From assembly GCA_964513485.1 (NCBI GenBank), contig CAZENJ010000001.1, positions 23,425-57,482 on the forward strand: a stretch of DNA of 34,058 nucleotides, given 5' to 3'. Below, piece by piece: positions 1 to 9,380 of this stretch (position 1 is the stretch's first letter; every line of letters begins with the position of its first letter). Made by a program: the position numbers and the translations under genes. Origin of the DNA: an uncultured Thermotogae bacterium. Lineage in GTDB: Bacteria > Bipolaricaulota > Bipolaricaulia > M55B111. The notes beneath the pieces are model-generated. The model had not been told where the DNA came from and made no database searches. It saw only the letters and a program-made list of their open reading frames with translations.

Positions 1-1391
1 CCCCAGGTGCCGCTTTTGCGGAGAAAATCTATCAGGCCTTTCAGTCTCCATAAAGCGTGGAGCTGTCTGTAACCAAAGTTTTCGAGAAAAGCGGCGCCAA
101 GTAATTTTAACCGGTCGCGCGGTCTTTTGTAGCGTTTCAAGGTAAATTCTTCCAGCAGCAGCGATGAAACGGATAGCAATATCCCGTATAGCAGGGCAAG
201 AGTGATAAATAACAGGGCAAAGGGTAAGTTGATCCAGCCCAGGAAAAAAGAGACCAGGAAAACTATATATCCACTTACTTCGACCACGGGGCCCAGGAGT
301 TCGAAAATGAAAAAGAAAGGCAGCCCGAGGGTGCCGCTCGAACCATAACGGGGATTACCAATCATCTTCCAGCTATAAGTCAGTGCCTCAGCAAGGCCCC
401 TCTGCCAGCGATTTCTTTGCCGGGAAAGGACTTTCAGTGTCGAAGGTACCTGCGTCCAGCAGACCGGATCGGGAATAAAAGATATAGTGTATTCTTCTTC
501 CTTTTCTCTCAGGTGTTTGTGTAGCCTGACGACCAGGTCCATATCTTCCCCGACGGTATCGGTTCGATAACCGCCTATTCTACGGACGAGGTCAGTTTTA
601 AAGAGGCCAAAGGCGCCCGAAATAATCGGCAGGCTATTTAACCTGCTCCAGCCGGTTCGACCGAAGAGGAAGGCACGTATGTATTCCATGACCTGGATTA
701 GCGGCAGTAATTTGCCAGGCGTTCTGGCTTCTTTGACCTCTGAACCTTCTATTCGACATCCATTTGCGACTCTCACGATCCCACCGATACCGACTACGTT
801 CGTTTCCTTCGTCATATATGGTTCGACAAGTCTGTAAAGTGACTCCTTTTCTACCAGGCTATCGGCATCTATCGCCAGGAAGAGTTCCGAGCGAGAGTAG
901 TTCAGACCGGCGTTCAGAGCGTCCGCTTTTCCGCCGTTTTCTTTGTCCACTACCAGGATTCTTTCGTCACTTACTGATTTGTAAATCCCTTTTACTTCTT
1001 CCGATTGAACCCTTTGATCGGCTTCTCTCGCTACAGGTATAAGTTTAAATTTCTCCTTAATTTCTGCCAGAGTTTGGTCGCTGGAGCCATCGTTTATCAC
1101 TATGAGTTCAAGGTTCGGATAATCCAGTTCCTGCAGGGAAGATAAACTGGAACTGATAGTCTCCTTCTCGTTGTAGGCAGGGATCAATATCGCGACTTCC
1201 GGAACCAGGTCACAAGTTTCCCCTTTACATATATCCACCTGCCTTCTTTTATTGTGGTAGCGCAGCTCCAGCGCTGATAGGAAAAGCAGGGCCATGTAGC
1301 CGGTATTTATCAGGAAAAAATACAGTAAAACGAGGGAGTTATAGAATAAAACGAAACCGAACAGGATGTCGTTTGGAGTTGAAGGGATCAT
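1..1391 (-). CDS. Processive glycosyltransferase family 2 (PgaC/IcaA/cellulose synthase-like); 3' end runs off the window
   Basis: Not in the ORF track; translated by hand from ATG at 1391 (MIPSTPNDILFG...). Shows N-terminal TM, IPAYNE, INDGSSD, NGGKADALN, AIDADS (DxD), GEDMD and QRNRW motifs, followed by hydrophobic segments. Confidence 0.92.
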   Translation of the reverse strand, partial: MIPSTPNDILFGFVLFYNSLVLLYFFLINTGYMALLFLSALELRYHNKRRQVDICKGETCDLVPEVAILIPAYNEKETISSSLSSLQELDYPNLELIVINDGSSDQTLAEIKEKFKLIPVAREADQRVQSEEVKGIYKSVSDERILVVDKENGGKADALNAGLNYSRSELFLAIDADSLVEKESLYRLVEPYMTKETNVVGIGGIVRVANGCRIEGSEVKEARTPGKLLPLIQVMEYIRAFLFGRTGWSRLNSLPIISGAFGLFKTDLVRRIGGYRTDTVGEDMDLVVRLHKHLREKEEEYTISFIPDPVCWTQVPSTLKVLSRQRNRWQRGLAEALTYSWKMIGNPRYGSSGTLGLPFFFIFELLGPVVEVSGYIVFLVSFFLGWINLPFALLFITLALLYGILLSVSSLLLEEFTLKRYKRPRDRLKLLGAAFLENFGYRQLHALWRLKGLIDFLRKSGTW

Positions 1392-1394
1392 TTT

Positions 1395-2432
1395 CTATCT
1401 CTGGTAGGATTCAAACATTGCTTCTCGGGCCAGTTCGTTATCAGAGGACCAGTAATCACCGATAACATTTCTACCCTTTTCGCCAAAATATGTTAGCGAT
1501 TGAAAAGCCGCAAGTCGAACTCGGAAATCACTGTCCTCGGCGAGGCCGGTCAGAATTCTTAAAGAATCTTTTTCGGGTATTTCCTTCAGGCTCTTTGCCG
1601 TGGCCTCTCGAACGGGCGCCTCTTTATCCTCGCTGGCACGGTCCAGAGCCGGCAGGGCCCTTTCCACGCCGATCTTTCCCAGTGATTCCGCCGCACTTTT
1701 CCTAACGGAAACCGCATCGTCCTTTGTGAGCTTCTGCAGGAGTGGTAGGAAGGCAGGTTTTTTTGACTGGCCCATTAAGATTGCTCCGGCTCGCCTGAAC
1801 CTGACTTTTTGTCCATCAGCCAGGGGACGAATGAATTGCTTATCCGGGTTCACTGCCAGGAGTTTGATGATGAGGAAAGAGTCCAGCTCTTTGGAAAAAC
1901 TGTTAAATAGTTCAAGCGGATCGATCTCGGGAATTTCTTCCAGGCGGGAGAGTAAGTCAAGTGCGACCAATCGAACGTCATGGCTGGAATCGTAAATTAA
2001 TGAAACCAGTTTTTCTGGAAAGTTAGCGGGTGCAAAATATTTTAGTCTATCCAGCGCCTGGACCCTCACCCACCATGTTTTATTCGTGAGCTCAGTTACG
2101 TCTTTTTCGTAGTTTCCGCTTTGACGGTATTTCTCCAGCCTCCTTCCCGGAGATAGCTCCGCCTTTACCAGTTCCCTCACGAGGGCGTCACGATACTCCA
2201 GGGGGAAGCCCTGTCCGTATTGCGTGACCGGCTGAAACCTTTCCGAGCTGGTCCCGAGGCCCTGTCTCCACGTGAGTCGAATTTCCTTTAGTTCCTTCCT
2301 TTTCTTGATTTGAAAAAACATTACTATGAGGTAGAGTGAAGATATGAGTAAAAGCAAGCCCCCGACAGCTATCAAAAGCGGTAGGATAAATGTCTCAATC
2401 ACGTTCTGGAAGGCCTGTAGAAGTTCTAGCAT
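1395..2432 (-). CDS. Membrane-anchored HEAT-repeat protein
   Basis: N-terminal hydrophobic helix; repeated D..VR..AA..L units (DDAVSVRKSAAESLG, DKEAPVREATAKSL, DSDFRVRLAAFQSL); 3 bp upstream of the GT2 start. Confidence 0.85.
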   Translation of the reverse strand: MLELLQAFQNVIETFILPLLIAVGGLLLLISSLYLIVMFFQIKKRKELKEIRLTWRQGLGTSSERFQPVTQYGQGFPLEYRDALVRELVKAELSPGRRLEKYRQSGNYEKDVTELTNKTWWVRVQALDRLKYFAPANFPEKLVSLIYDSSHDVRLVALDLLSRLEEIPEIDPLELFNSFSKELDSFLIIKLLAVNPDKQFIRPLADGQKVRFRRAGAILMGQSKKPAFLPLLQKLTKDDAVSVRKSAAESLGKIGVERALPALDRASEDKEAPVREATAKSLKEIPEKDSLRILTGLAEDSDFRVRLAAFQSLTYFGEKGRNVIGDYWSSDNELAREAMFESYQR

Positions 2433-2481
2433 TATAAATTGATCCGATACGGGAACAGTGATGCTTGCTCGCGGGGTAGTT

Positions 2482-2949
2482 TTAGTCGAGCCTGTTTAAC
2501 TCATCCTTTAAGGTTTCGTAATGACCGCGTTCGCTCGCTGCAAGGAAGCCAAGTGTTCGTTTAACTTCTTTATCTTCGAACTTTTCCCTCATACTCCGGT
2601 AAAATTTCTCTGACTCGACCTCGGATTCCATTGCGATCCGAAAGAGTTCTTCTAGAGAAGTATTGTCATCTATCTCGACAGGATTTGTTATCCCCGAGTC
2701 TTCCGGTAACGTGATTTCTTCCTCGGGGTAAAAATCTCTGATTATCGACCAGAATTTCTTTTCGTGTCTTTCTTCCTGCAGAACCAGTTTTTCCAGTTTT
2801 TCCCTGGTTTGTTCGGAAAGGTCTTTTTCCAGCAGGTTGCGGTAAATATCCGCTGCTTCGATTTCGGCTTTAACTGCGATTCCCAATAATTCTTGCAGTG
2901 AAAGTCCTTCTTCAAGTAGCTCTTTCGTGGAAACGTCCTGTGGGCTCAT
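2482..2949 (-). CDS. Ferritin-like/rubrerythrin-family diiron protein lacking a rubredoxin domain
   Basis: Two E...ExxH units (AEIEAADIY...EERH; SEVESEKFY...ERGH); no CxxC; GAGGAGG SD. Confidence 0.85.
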   Translation of the reverse strand: MSPQDVSTKELLEEGLSLQELLGIAVKAEIEAADIYRNLLEKDLSEQTREKLEKLVLQEERHEKKFWSIIRDFYPEEEITLPEDSGITNPVEIDDNTSLEELFRIAMESEVESEKFYRSMREKFEDKEVKRTLGFLAASERGHYETLKDELNRLD

Positions 2950-3092
2950 AATTCTTCCTCCTCTTCAACTGAAGCTGAGTTAACTGCTAACCATTCATTC
3001 TACCGTAAATGCTTGTATAAATAAACCTTTTAACTGGATAAAATAAATTGAAGCAAACATAAAGATTTTCGGTCATAATAAAATCCCCCACC

Positions 3093-3101
3093 TGGTATAA
3101 T
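3093..3101 (+). promoter_or_regulatory. Extended -10 promoter for the DUF1624 gene
   Basis: TGG-TATAAT about 50 nt upstream of the ATG at 3150. Confidence 0.55.
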
Positions 3102-3149
3102 AAAAAAGGCTAATTAGTTGACTCTTGTGAAAGTAGGTTCCCCGGACAT

Positions 3150-3953
3150 ATGAGAAATAAAAAAGAGGACGGACGATTTCCCGAAATTGACGTGATCAGG
3201 GGTATAGCGGTAGTCAGTATGGTGATCTATCACGTCTTTTTCGATTTAAAAATGCTGGGCTTGCTGGAGATTCGCATAGGTGCTGCGCCAATTGAACTGT
3301 TAGCGGACGCTACCGCCGCTACTTTCTTCTTGTTGGTGGGAACATCGCTTTATATTAGCTTTTCGAGGGAGAAATGTAAGGGCCGCAATAGCTTCGACCT
3401 GTTACGGAAATACTTCCTGAGAGGGACCAAGTTAATCTTAATGGGGGGTGTCATTACAGGGGTAACGTATTTACTTTATCCCGAATTCGTGATTGTTTTT
3501 GGGGCCTTACATTTTATTGGGTTTTCAGTAGTAGCTGGTTATTTGCTGCTCGAGTTTGCCTGCCGCTTCCGCCGAGCTTACCGTCTTATATTTTTTGGGT
3601 TTCTCTCCGTCGCCATAGCAGGTTTGGCGGCTCCGGTCCGAGAGATAAAGATCAACCATCGCTTTCTTCTCTGGCTGGGTTTGACCGAATCAGGTTTCCA
3701 GTCGCTCGATTACTTTCCCCTGTTGCCGTGGTTCGGGTTTGTACTCGGAGGCCTGGCTCTCGGTGAATTGTTTTACCCCGAGGGTGAAAGAAAGAAGAAC
3801 CTGTACACAGTTAGAAATCGCGCTTGCGAGTTCCTCGGACGGAATTCGCTGATAGTATATTTCCTCCACCAGCCGCTCATTTACCTTGCCGTTTTTCTCT
3901 ATGGTTTCTCCGCTGGCCGAATCGACCCTTCCACTTTTGCACTATTTAACTAG
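3150..3953 (+). CDS. DUF1624 / heparan-alpha-glucosaminide N-acetyltransferase-like membrane acyltransferase
   Basis: RFPEIDVIRGIAVVSMVIYH, FGALHFIG, DYFPLLPWFG and GRNSLIVYFLHQP motifs; multiple TM helices. Confidence 0.85.
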   Translation: MRNKKEDGRFPEIDVIRGIAVVSMVIYHVFFDLKMLGLLEIRIGAAPIELLADATAATFFLLVGTSLYISFSREKCKGRNSFDLLRKYFLRGTKLILMGGVITGVTYLLYPEFVIVFGALHFIGFSVVAGYLLLEFACRFRRAYRLIFFGFLSVAIAGLAAPVREIKINHRFLLWLGLTESGFQSLDYFPLLPWFGFVLGGLALGELFYPEGERKKNLYTVRNRACEFLGRNSLIVYFLHQPLIYLAVFLYGFSAGRIDPSTFALFN

Positions 3954-4087
3954 CACCCGGGCACAGGTTGCCCGTAATGAGGTTGGAAGCACCGGAAACG
4001 GTATCCGGCACCTAGCATTCCGTCCGGGAAGAATTCTTGTTTGTTCTGGCGGCAAAAGGAAAAGTACTGAGCCGGGCCGATCCCCAG

Positions 4088-5233
4088 CTACCCCATCTGC
4101 AGCGCTCCTTCCCGCAATTCCCCCCTGTCTATTCGCTCCGGGTCGTAGTAATCAAACGGTAGATCGGTCTTCCCGTCAACTATCAATTCGGCCAGACCCT
4201 GTCCGACGGCCGGGGCCATCATGTAACCGTGGCCGCTGAAGCCGGCAGCGAGATAGTAACCGGGTAGTTTGTACTCTCCCAGGAGAGGATTGCCGTCCGG
4301 CGTCATGGCGTAGTAGCCGGCCCAGTGCCTCAATATCCGGGCGGATTTCAGTGCGGGGGCAATGGAGGTAAATGCACGGCCAACCCTTTCCTCGAACTCG
4401 AGGGTCTCGGTCATATCGTAGGTCGGTGGTTCATCCGGGGGAGTGGCAACCCCGCCGATTATCCCACCACGCTCCGTCTGTGTCAGGTAAGCGTCCTCGT
4501 GTTCCATCGAGATTACCATCGGCTCGATGGTTCCCGCTTTAACGGGTTCGGTGATGACTGCCTGATGCCGATATGGTTCGATGGATAGGTCGATACCCAT
4601 GAGCGAGCTCACTTTCGGAGCCCAGCCCCCGGCGGCATTAATTAGCACTTCCGTGCGGAACGTACCGTCCTCGGTATGAATCACCTTTTCTTTTCCCTTC
4701 CGGTTTAGTTCGATTCCGGTGACCTTCGTTCCTTCACGGAGATCGACGTGCCCGCTACGAAAATATTGCTTGAAAGAGGTAACTACCTCGAATGGATGGG
4801 CCTTGCCGTCCTCCGGATTGTAGCTTGCACCCTTTAACTCCCCGATATCGACCAGAGGACATATCTTTTTTGCTTCCCTGGGAGAGAGGCTCTCCGTCGG
4901 CACCCCGAGGGAATTCTGCCGCTATTTCATTTCCCTGTATTTTTTTAGCTCTTCTTTCGTGTAATGGAGGTAAAGGTATCCGGTCCGGTGAAAGGCGAAT
5001 CCCAGCTTATTTGCCAGGCTATTCCAGCCGGATTCAGCACACTTCATCATGTTGATTGTCGGCTCACCAGCAAATTGTGCCCTAATTCCGGTACCACACC
5101 TGCCCGTCGAGCCGCTCCCGACGTAGTTTTGTTCCAGAATAGTTACCTGCTTGAGCCCCTTTTTCTCCAGGTAATAACCGGTTGCAAGCCCCGTTGATCC
5201 GCCCCCGATTATTATTGCTTCCTTATCCATCAT
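4088..5233 (-). pseudogene. FAD-dependent oxidoreductase (DAO family; dye-linked proline dehydrogenase/sarcosine oxidase beta-like) interrupted by one in-frame TAG at 4922-4924; pseudogene, sequence error or readthrough
   Basis: ORFs 4922..5257 and 4088..4903 share a frame; the junction reads YREMK*RQNSLGVPTESLSP. GGGSTG FAD motif, GSTGRCGTGIR, WAGYYAMTPDG, GFSGHGYMMAP and C-terminal LQMG are intact. About 381 aa from ATG 5233. Confidence 0.8.
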
Positions 5234-5522
5234 CGGCCTCACCTCGTTCCCCGGCAAGGTACTTTGTCGGTACCGGGATGATCGGGGCTCGCTCTCTCGG
5301 TAGTTCTATTTTTTCCGGGGTTTTGTTCGTTTCTTCCGTCAATATCCGTCTGACCAGGGGCAGACAGGTTCTACCGCCACAGGTTCCTGTCCCGACCATC
5401 GTCTTTCTCTTGAGGAGTTCCAGCGTGTCATAGCCTTCAGCGATTGCTCTTCTAATATCGGCCTCCGTAACGTCCCGGCAGCGACATATTATCGTCTTTT
5501 TTTCACCGCTATTTTCTCTCAT
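5223..5522 (-). CDS. BFD-like [2Fe-2S] protein (delta/PdhX-like subunit)
   Basis: ICRCRDVT...GTGTCGGRTC...RAPIIPV; overlaps both neighbours. Confidence 0.85.
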   Translation of the reverse strand: MRENSGEKKTIICRCRDVTEADIRRAIAEGYDTLELLKRKTMVGTGTCGGRTCLPLVRRILTEETNKTPEKIELPRERAPIIPVPTKYLAGERGEADDG

Positions 5523-5988
5523 TCTGCCTCCGTATGTTTCTTACCTGCCTTGCTTCTGTATCCGTCACTTCCACGGTGACGGTAGGCGTGTCCCCCGCCG
5601 ATTCTTGCCTGGGTTTTACCTCCTTCACGGTAGTTGTTCCAACCGGTTCACCTTGTCTGTTCAGGGCGGTTACGGTTTCACCGATTTCCGGCAGGGGGAA
5701 TTCAAAGGGCAGGGTAAGCCGGACCTCCTCCGAGGAAGCGTCAATCATAAAGATTGCCAGACCGGGACATACCTCCATACATATTCCACAGCCAGTACAT
5801 CTATCGTAATTAACCTCCGGAAGCGCGGTTATCCCCTCCATCTCTATCGCTCCTGCCGGGCAGTTCTCGCTGCATGGGTCACAGGGTATCTCTTCCGGGC
5901 ACTCGATTATCGGAACGGGCCCACTATCAGTAATTTCTTCCTCCGGGAAGCGTACTTCTTTCTCGGTCAAATAGCCCCTGGTATTCAA
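5509..5988 (-). CDS. 2x[4Fe-4S] ferredoxin-like subunit (gamma/PdhF-like)
   Basis: CPEEIPCDPCSENCP and CTGCGICMEVCP motifs; TTG start overlaps the upstream stop. Confidence 0.88.
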   Translation of the reverse strand: MNTRGYLTEKEVRFPEEEITDSGPVPIIECPEEIPCDPCSENCPAGAIEMEGITALPEVNYDRCTGCGICMEVCPGLAIFMIDASSEEVRLTLPFEFPLPEIGETVTALNRQGEPVGTTTVKEVKPRQESAGDTPTVTVEVTDTEARQVRNIRRQNERK

Positions 5989-7400
5989 GTTTTCACCTGC
6001 TGAAGTCCGGTCCGAAGCTCCTTGCTATCGGGACCGGCCCTTAACCCTTCAAGCTGCTCGCGCGAGTCCCGAATCGCCCGCAATTCTTTCTCTCCACCGG
6101 GACCAAGTTCGAGCGCCGCGTCCGCTCCGGCGATCGTACCCTCGAGCATCGCGGCGGTTGCTTCCTCGATACCCGCGGCATCCCCGGCGACGTATATATC
6201 GGATCTTGAAGTAGTCATCTTCTCATCTCTTACCGGCACGTAGCCTCCCAGTTCAGGTACGTGTTCCAGTTCACAACCGGCATGGGCCAGTAGTTTGTAG
6301 CTCGGCGAGAGCCCCACCGCCAGGGCGACGATATCGACGCTGTACTCCGTTTTAGTACCAGGAATCTCGTTCCCCGACTCGTCAAGCTCCACCACTGTTG
6401 CTTTCTCTACTTCCCCCTCTCCCCGGACACCCAGCACCTTGTGCCCGGTCAGGATCGGGACCCCGCAGCGACTTACCTTGGCGGCGTGGACGAAATAACC
6501 GCCTATCCGTGGCCTCACTTCGACTATTGCTTTCACGTCCACACCTGCCTGAAGCAACTGGTATGTTACGATCAAGCCGACGTTTCCGGCACCGACCATT
6601 AAAACGCTGTCGCCCGGCTTGATCCCGTAAACGTTCATCAGGGTCTGAACACCCCCGGCTCCGTAGACTCCGGGTAGGTCGTTGTTGGGAAAAGTTATCA
6701 TGTCTTCATTCGCCCCGGAGGCGACGACGATTTTCTCCGGATTCAGCTTTAAGAACCGTTCCCTGTTCTTATACAGGCCGACCGTATCTTCATAAATCCC
6801 GACCGCGCTCGTACCGGTCATTGTCTCGATTCTGTCACGTTCTTTTACCTGATTCACTAATTCTTCTCCGATTTCTATCCCCCGGGTTCCCGCCGCCTGG
6901 TCGCTGGAGCCGAAAAACTTATGGGTCTGTTTGACGAGCTGGCCACCGAGGAAGGGGTTTTCGTCGACGACGAGCAGCTCTGCTCCCGCATCCGCCGCGG
7001 TAAGGGCCGCTTTTAGTCCGGCCGGTCCTCCACCGATGACCAGAATATCGGTACTGCGGCAGGCAACCCCCTCTGGAGCAATTTTCTTCGAACTTTTCGG
7101 TAATTCAGGGAAGCCGGACTGTTTTTCCACTTTCATGCCCTGCCGGGCGGCCGTAATGCAGGTCCTCACGTTTGGTACTCCGTCCACTCTCATCAAGCAG
7201 GAAGAGCACTTGCCAATGGCACAGAACAGTCCCCGGGGACGCTCCGCCTCGCCGCTTTTCCCCAATTCCCTTACTCCGTGGTTATGTAAGGCAGCTGCGA
7301 TGGTCTCGCCCTTGGTTGCGGTTACTTCTTCCCCTTCGTAGGTAAAAGTAACCGTATCACTCTCGTTAAAAGAGAGAATGGGATGATTGGTTATTCTCAT
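5985..7400 (-). CDS. [2Fe-2S]/FAD/NAD oxidoreductase (alpha/PdhA-like subunit)
   Basis: N-terminal CAIGKCSSC...C Fe-S domain; GGGPAG and GAGNVG Rossmann motifs; VAGDAAGIEEA. Confidence 0.9.
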   Translation of the reverse strand: MRITNHPILSFNESDTVTFTYEGEEVTATKGETIAAALHNHGVRELGKSGEAERPRGLFCAIGKCSSCLMRVDGVPNVRTCITAARQGMKVEKQSGFPELPKSSKKIAPEGVACRSTDILVIGGGPAGLKAALTAADAGAELLVVDENPFLGGQLVKQTHKFFGSSDQAAGTRGIEIGEELVNQVKERDRIETMTGTSAVGIYEDTVGLYKNRERFLKLNPEKIVVASGANEDMITFPNNDLPGVYGAGGVQTLMNVYGIKPGDSVLMVGAGNVGLIVTYQLLQAGVDVKAIVEVRPRIGGYFVHAAKVSRCGVPILTGHKVLGVRGEGEVEKATVVELDESGNEIPGTKTEYSVDIVALAVGLSPSYKLLAHAGCELEHVPELGGYVPVRDEKMTTSRSDIYVAGDAAGIEEATAAMLEGTIAGADAALELGPGGEKELRAIRDSREQLEGLRAGPDSKELRTGLQQVKT

Positions 7401-7612
7401 TATACCCCTCGTTCTCGGAGCAGCCTTTGCCAGCCGATTACAAAAAATATCCCCTCATAGAATTCAAAAGTACAGCTGGCCCAATTATCCTAGAGGTATT
7501 TGCCAGCTATTTCAAATTATCTTATCTTTTAAGGCACCGGAAAATAGTCCCGGTTTTTCGGGGAACGAAGTGGCCGCTGGTGTAACTTAATTGCGTGATT
7601 AGGGGGGATAAA

Positions 7613-8725
7613 GTGGAAAATCCTTTGCCCGAAAGTACCTACAAGGGTAGAATCAAAGACCGCGAAGAAGATATCAGGGGACCCTATTTTCGCGATCAAA
7701 CTGCCATTATTCACTCTCTCCCGTTTCGACGGTTGAAAAACAAGACGCAGGTATTTTTTGCCCCTGAAAACGACCATATATGTACCAGGATAGAACACGT
7801 TCTGCATGTATCGACGATTTCCGCGACTATCTGTAAGGGGCTCGGACTGGACGTGGAACTTGCCCAGGCGATAGCTTTAGGACACGACCTCGGTCACGCT
7901 CCGTTCGGCCATTCCGGGGAGGAAATACTCGACCGGCTCAACAAGGAAAACGGGGGTTTCGTGCACGAGTTACACGGATTGCGCATTGTCGATCAGCTTT
8001 CCCGGTACGGCAAGGGGTTAAACCTGACCTATGCAGTGAGGGACGGTATCGTCTCGCATTACGGAGAGGAGTTTACGCAGGCGATAGAGCCACTGGGGAA
8101 GAAAAAAAGACTTGACGGTCTGAGTGAAAGGGGGACACCTCCGACGAGCTACGAGGGTTGCGTGGTGCGGATGGCCGATAAAATCGCCTATTTTGGAAGG
8201 GATATCGAGGACGCTATTAAAGCCGAATTGATTCGGGAAAAAGATATTCCGGACGCGGTAAGGGCCGAGCTGGGAACGAAAAACGGCGAAATCATCGACG
8301 TATTCGTCAAGGATCTGATAGCCTGGTCAAGGGAGCACGATAGAATAGGCTTCTCCCGGAAGAAGTTCGAGTTGATGAAGGATCTGAAAGAATTTAATTA
8401 TTCGCGGATTTACGGGCACGAGAGATTGCAGCAGTATTCCCAGCACGCCGAAGTTATTCTGGAGATACTTTTCGAACACCTCCTGGGTTTGATGGATGAG
8501 TTCGGCAGGAACTACGAGAGGTATCTGAAGAGCAACATCCCTCTCGATAGGCGTTTCGGGGATTACCTGAACGGCCTGGATGACTTCTACGGGGTGGAGG
8601 AGCCCTTTAATCCCCAGCAAATAGCGCTGGACTATATTGCCGGGATGACGGACAAGTATTCGCTAAAGGCGGCGAAGGAGGTAATTTTCCCGGAGCCGAT
8701 CAAATTTGACCACATGGGCAACTGA
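7613..8725 (+). CDS. HD-domain dGTP triphosphohydrolase-like protein
   Basis: FRRLKNKTQVF, TRIEH, GHDLGHAPFGHSGE, ADKIAY and DYIAGMTD motifs; GTG at 7613 follows a G-rich SD. Confidence 0.88.
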   Translation: MENPLPESTYKGRIKDREEDIRGPYFRDQTAIIHSLPFRRLKNKTQVFFAPENDHICTRIEHVLHVSTISATICKGLGLDVELAQAIALGHDLGHAPFGHSGEEILDRLNKENGGFVHELHGLRIVDQLSRYGKGLNLTYAVRDGIVSHYGEEFTQAIEPLGKKKRLDGLSERGTPPTSYEGCVVRMADKIAYFGRDIEDAIKAELIREKDIPDAVRAELGTKNGEIIDVFVKDLIAWSREHDRIGFSRKKFELMKDLKEFNYSRIYGHERLQQYSQHAEVILEILFEHLLGLMDEFGRNYERYLKSNIPLDRRFGDYLNGLDDFYGVEEPFNPQQIALDYIAGMTDKYSLKAAKEVIFPEPIKFDHMGN

Positions 8726-8727
8726 AC

Positions 8728-9210
8728 CTAAAAAGAGAGCCCGAGGCCGATTCCGGCATTTATCTCCTCCAGATTGCCGCTTAATTCGAATTTGCCCGAC
8801 GACTGGACGTGAATCGCGAACGGATAGAGGTTTAACTGCAGCCCTATTTTTCCCATGGCCTCCGACTTCGAGATATAGAAGGAGGGCGAACCAGTGTCTA
8901 ACCGCATCACGGGACTTCCACCGAAGTACAAACTGAGCCTGCCGTTGTTTACGCCGAATGATCCCATCCGCAAGTCCATGAGGAAGTAACTAAATAATCG
9001 GGCATCTCCCGAAGACATGTGCGGGGTTTCCCCGCCGAGTTCAAGCTTGAACAGGCCACCGGTCCTGAGAAAGCCGCCGTACCAGAAAGTATCGTCCGTA
9101 AGGTTTTTCTGGAAAGAACCTCCCAGGGTGGTTCCCGCGAAGACCGGAAACGTAAAAACGAGCAACGTGGAAATCAGGACGAGTATCAGAGCCGTTGACT
9201 TGAACTTCAT
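8728..9210 (-). CDS. Secreted protein, putative small outer-membrane beta-barrel
   Basis: Sec signal ending in VFA; alternating Gly/aromatic beta-strand pattern; C-terminal GIGLGLSF; GGGAGG SD. Confidence 0.6.
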   Translation of the reverse strand: MKFKSTALILVLISTLLVFTFPVFAGTTLGGSFQKNLTDDTFWYGGFLRTGGLFKLELGGETPHMSSGDARLFSYFLMDLRMGSFGVNNGRLSLYFGGSPVMRLDTGSPSFYISKSEAMGKIGLQLNLYPFAIHVQSSGKFELSGNLEEINAGIGLGLSF

Positions 9211-9380
9211 TTTTCCTCCCTGAACTTCTCTAATTGGTTTTGTCGATAAAAATTTGGCTTAGGTTTATCTATCCTGCAAAAGCCACAATGTCTGACATTA
9301 CAAACTTATTATCAGGAGGGAGCGTCGATAGCAAAAGGACGCGTGGGAGGCGGAGAAGTTATCTGTGAGAAATGGAAGGC

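Noticed and set aside
4088-5257. Two separate genes, or a frameshift, for ORFs 4922-5257 and 4088-4903
   Set aside because: They share a frame, the linker continues the family pattern, and the GTG at 4903 has no SD.
7465-7508. Isolated hairpins upstream of the pdh operon (AGCTGGC/GCCAGCT) and at about 16915-16940 and 30270-30310
   Set aside because: Single imperfect hairpins with no second copy, clear U-tract or recognisable motif; not enough support to call.
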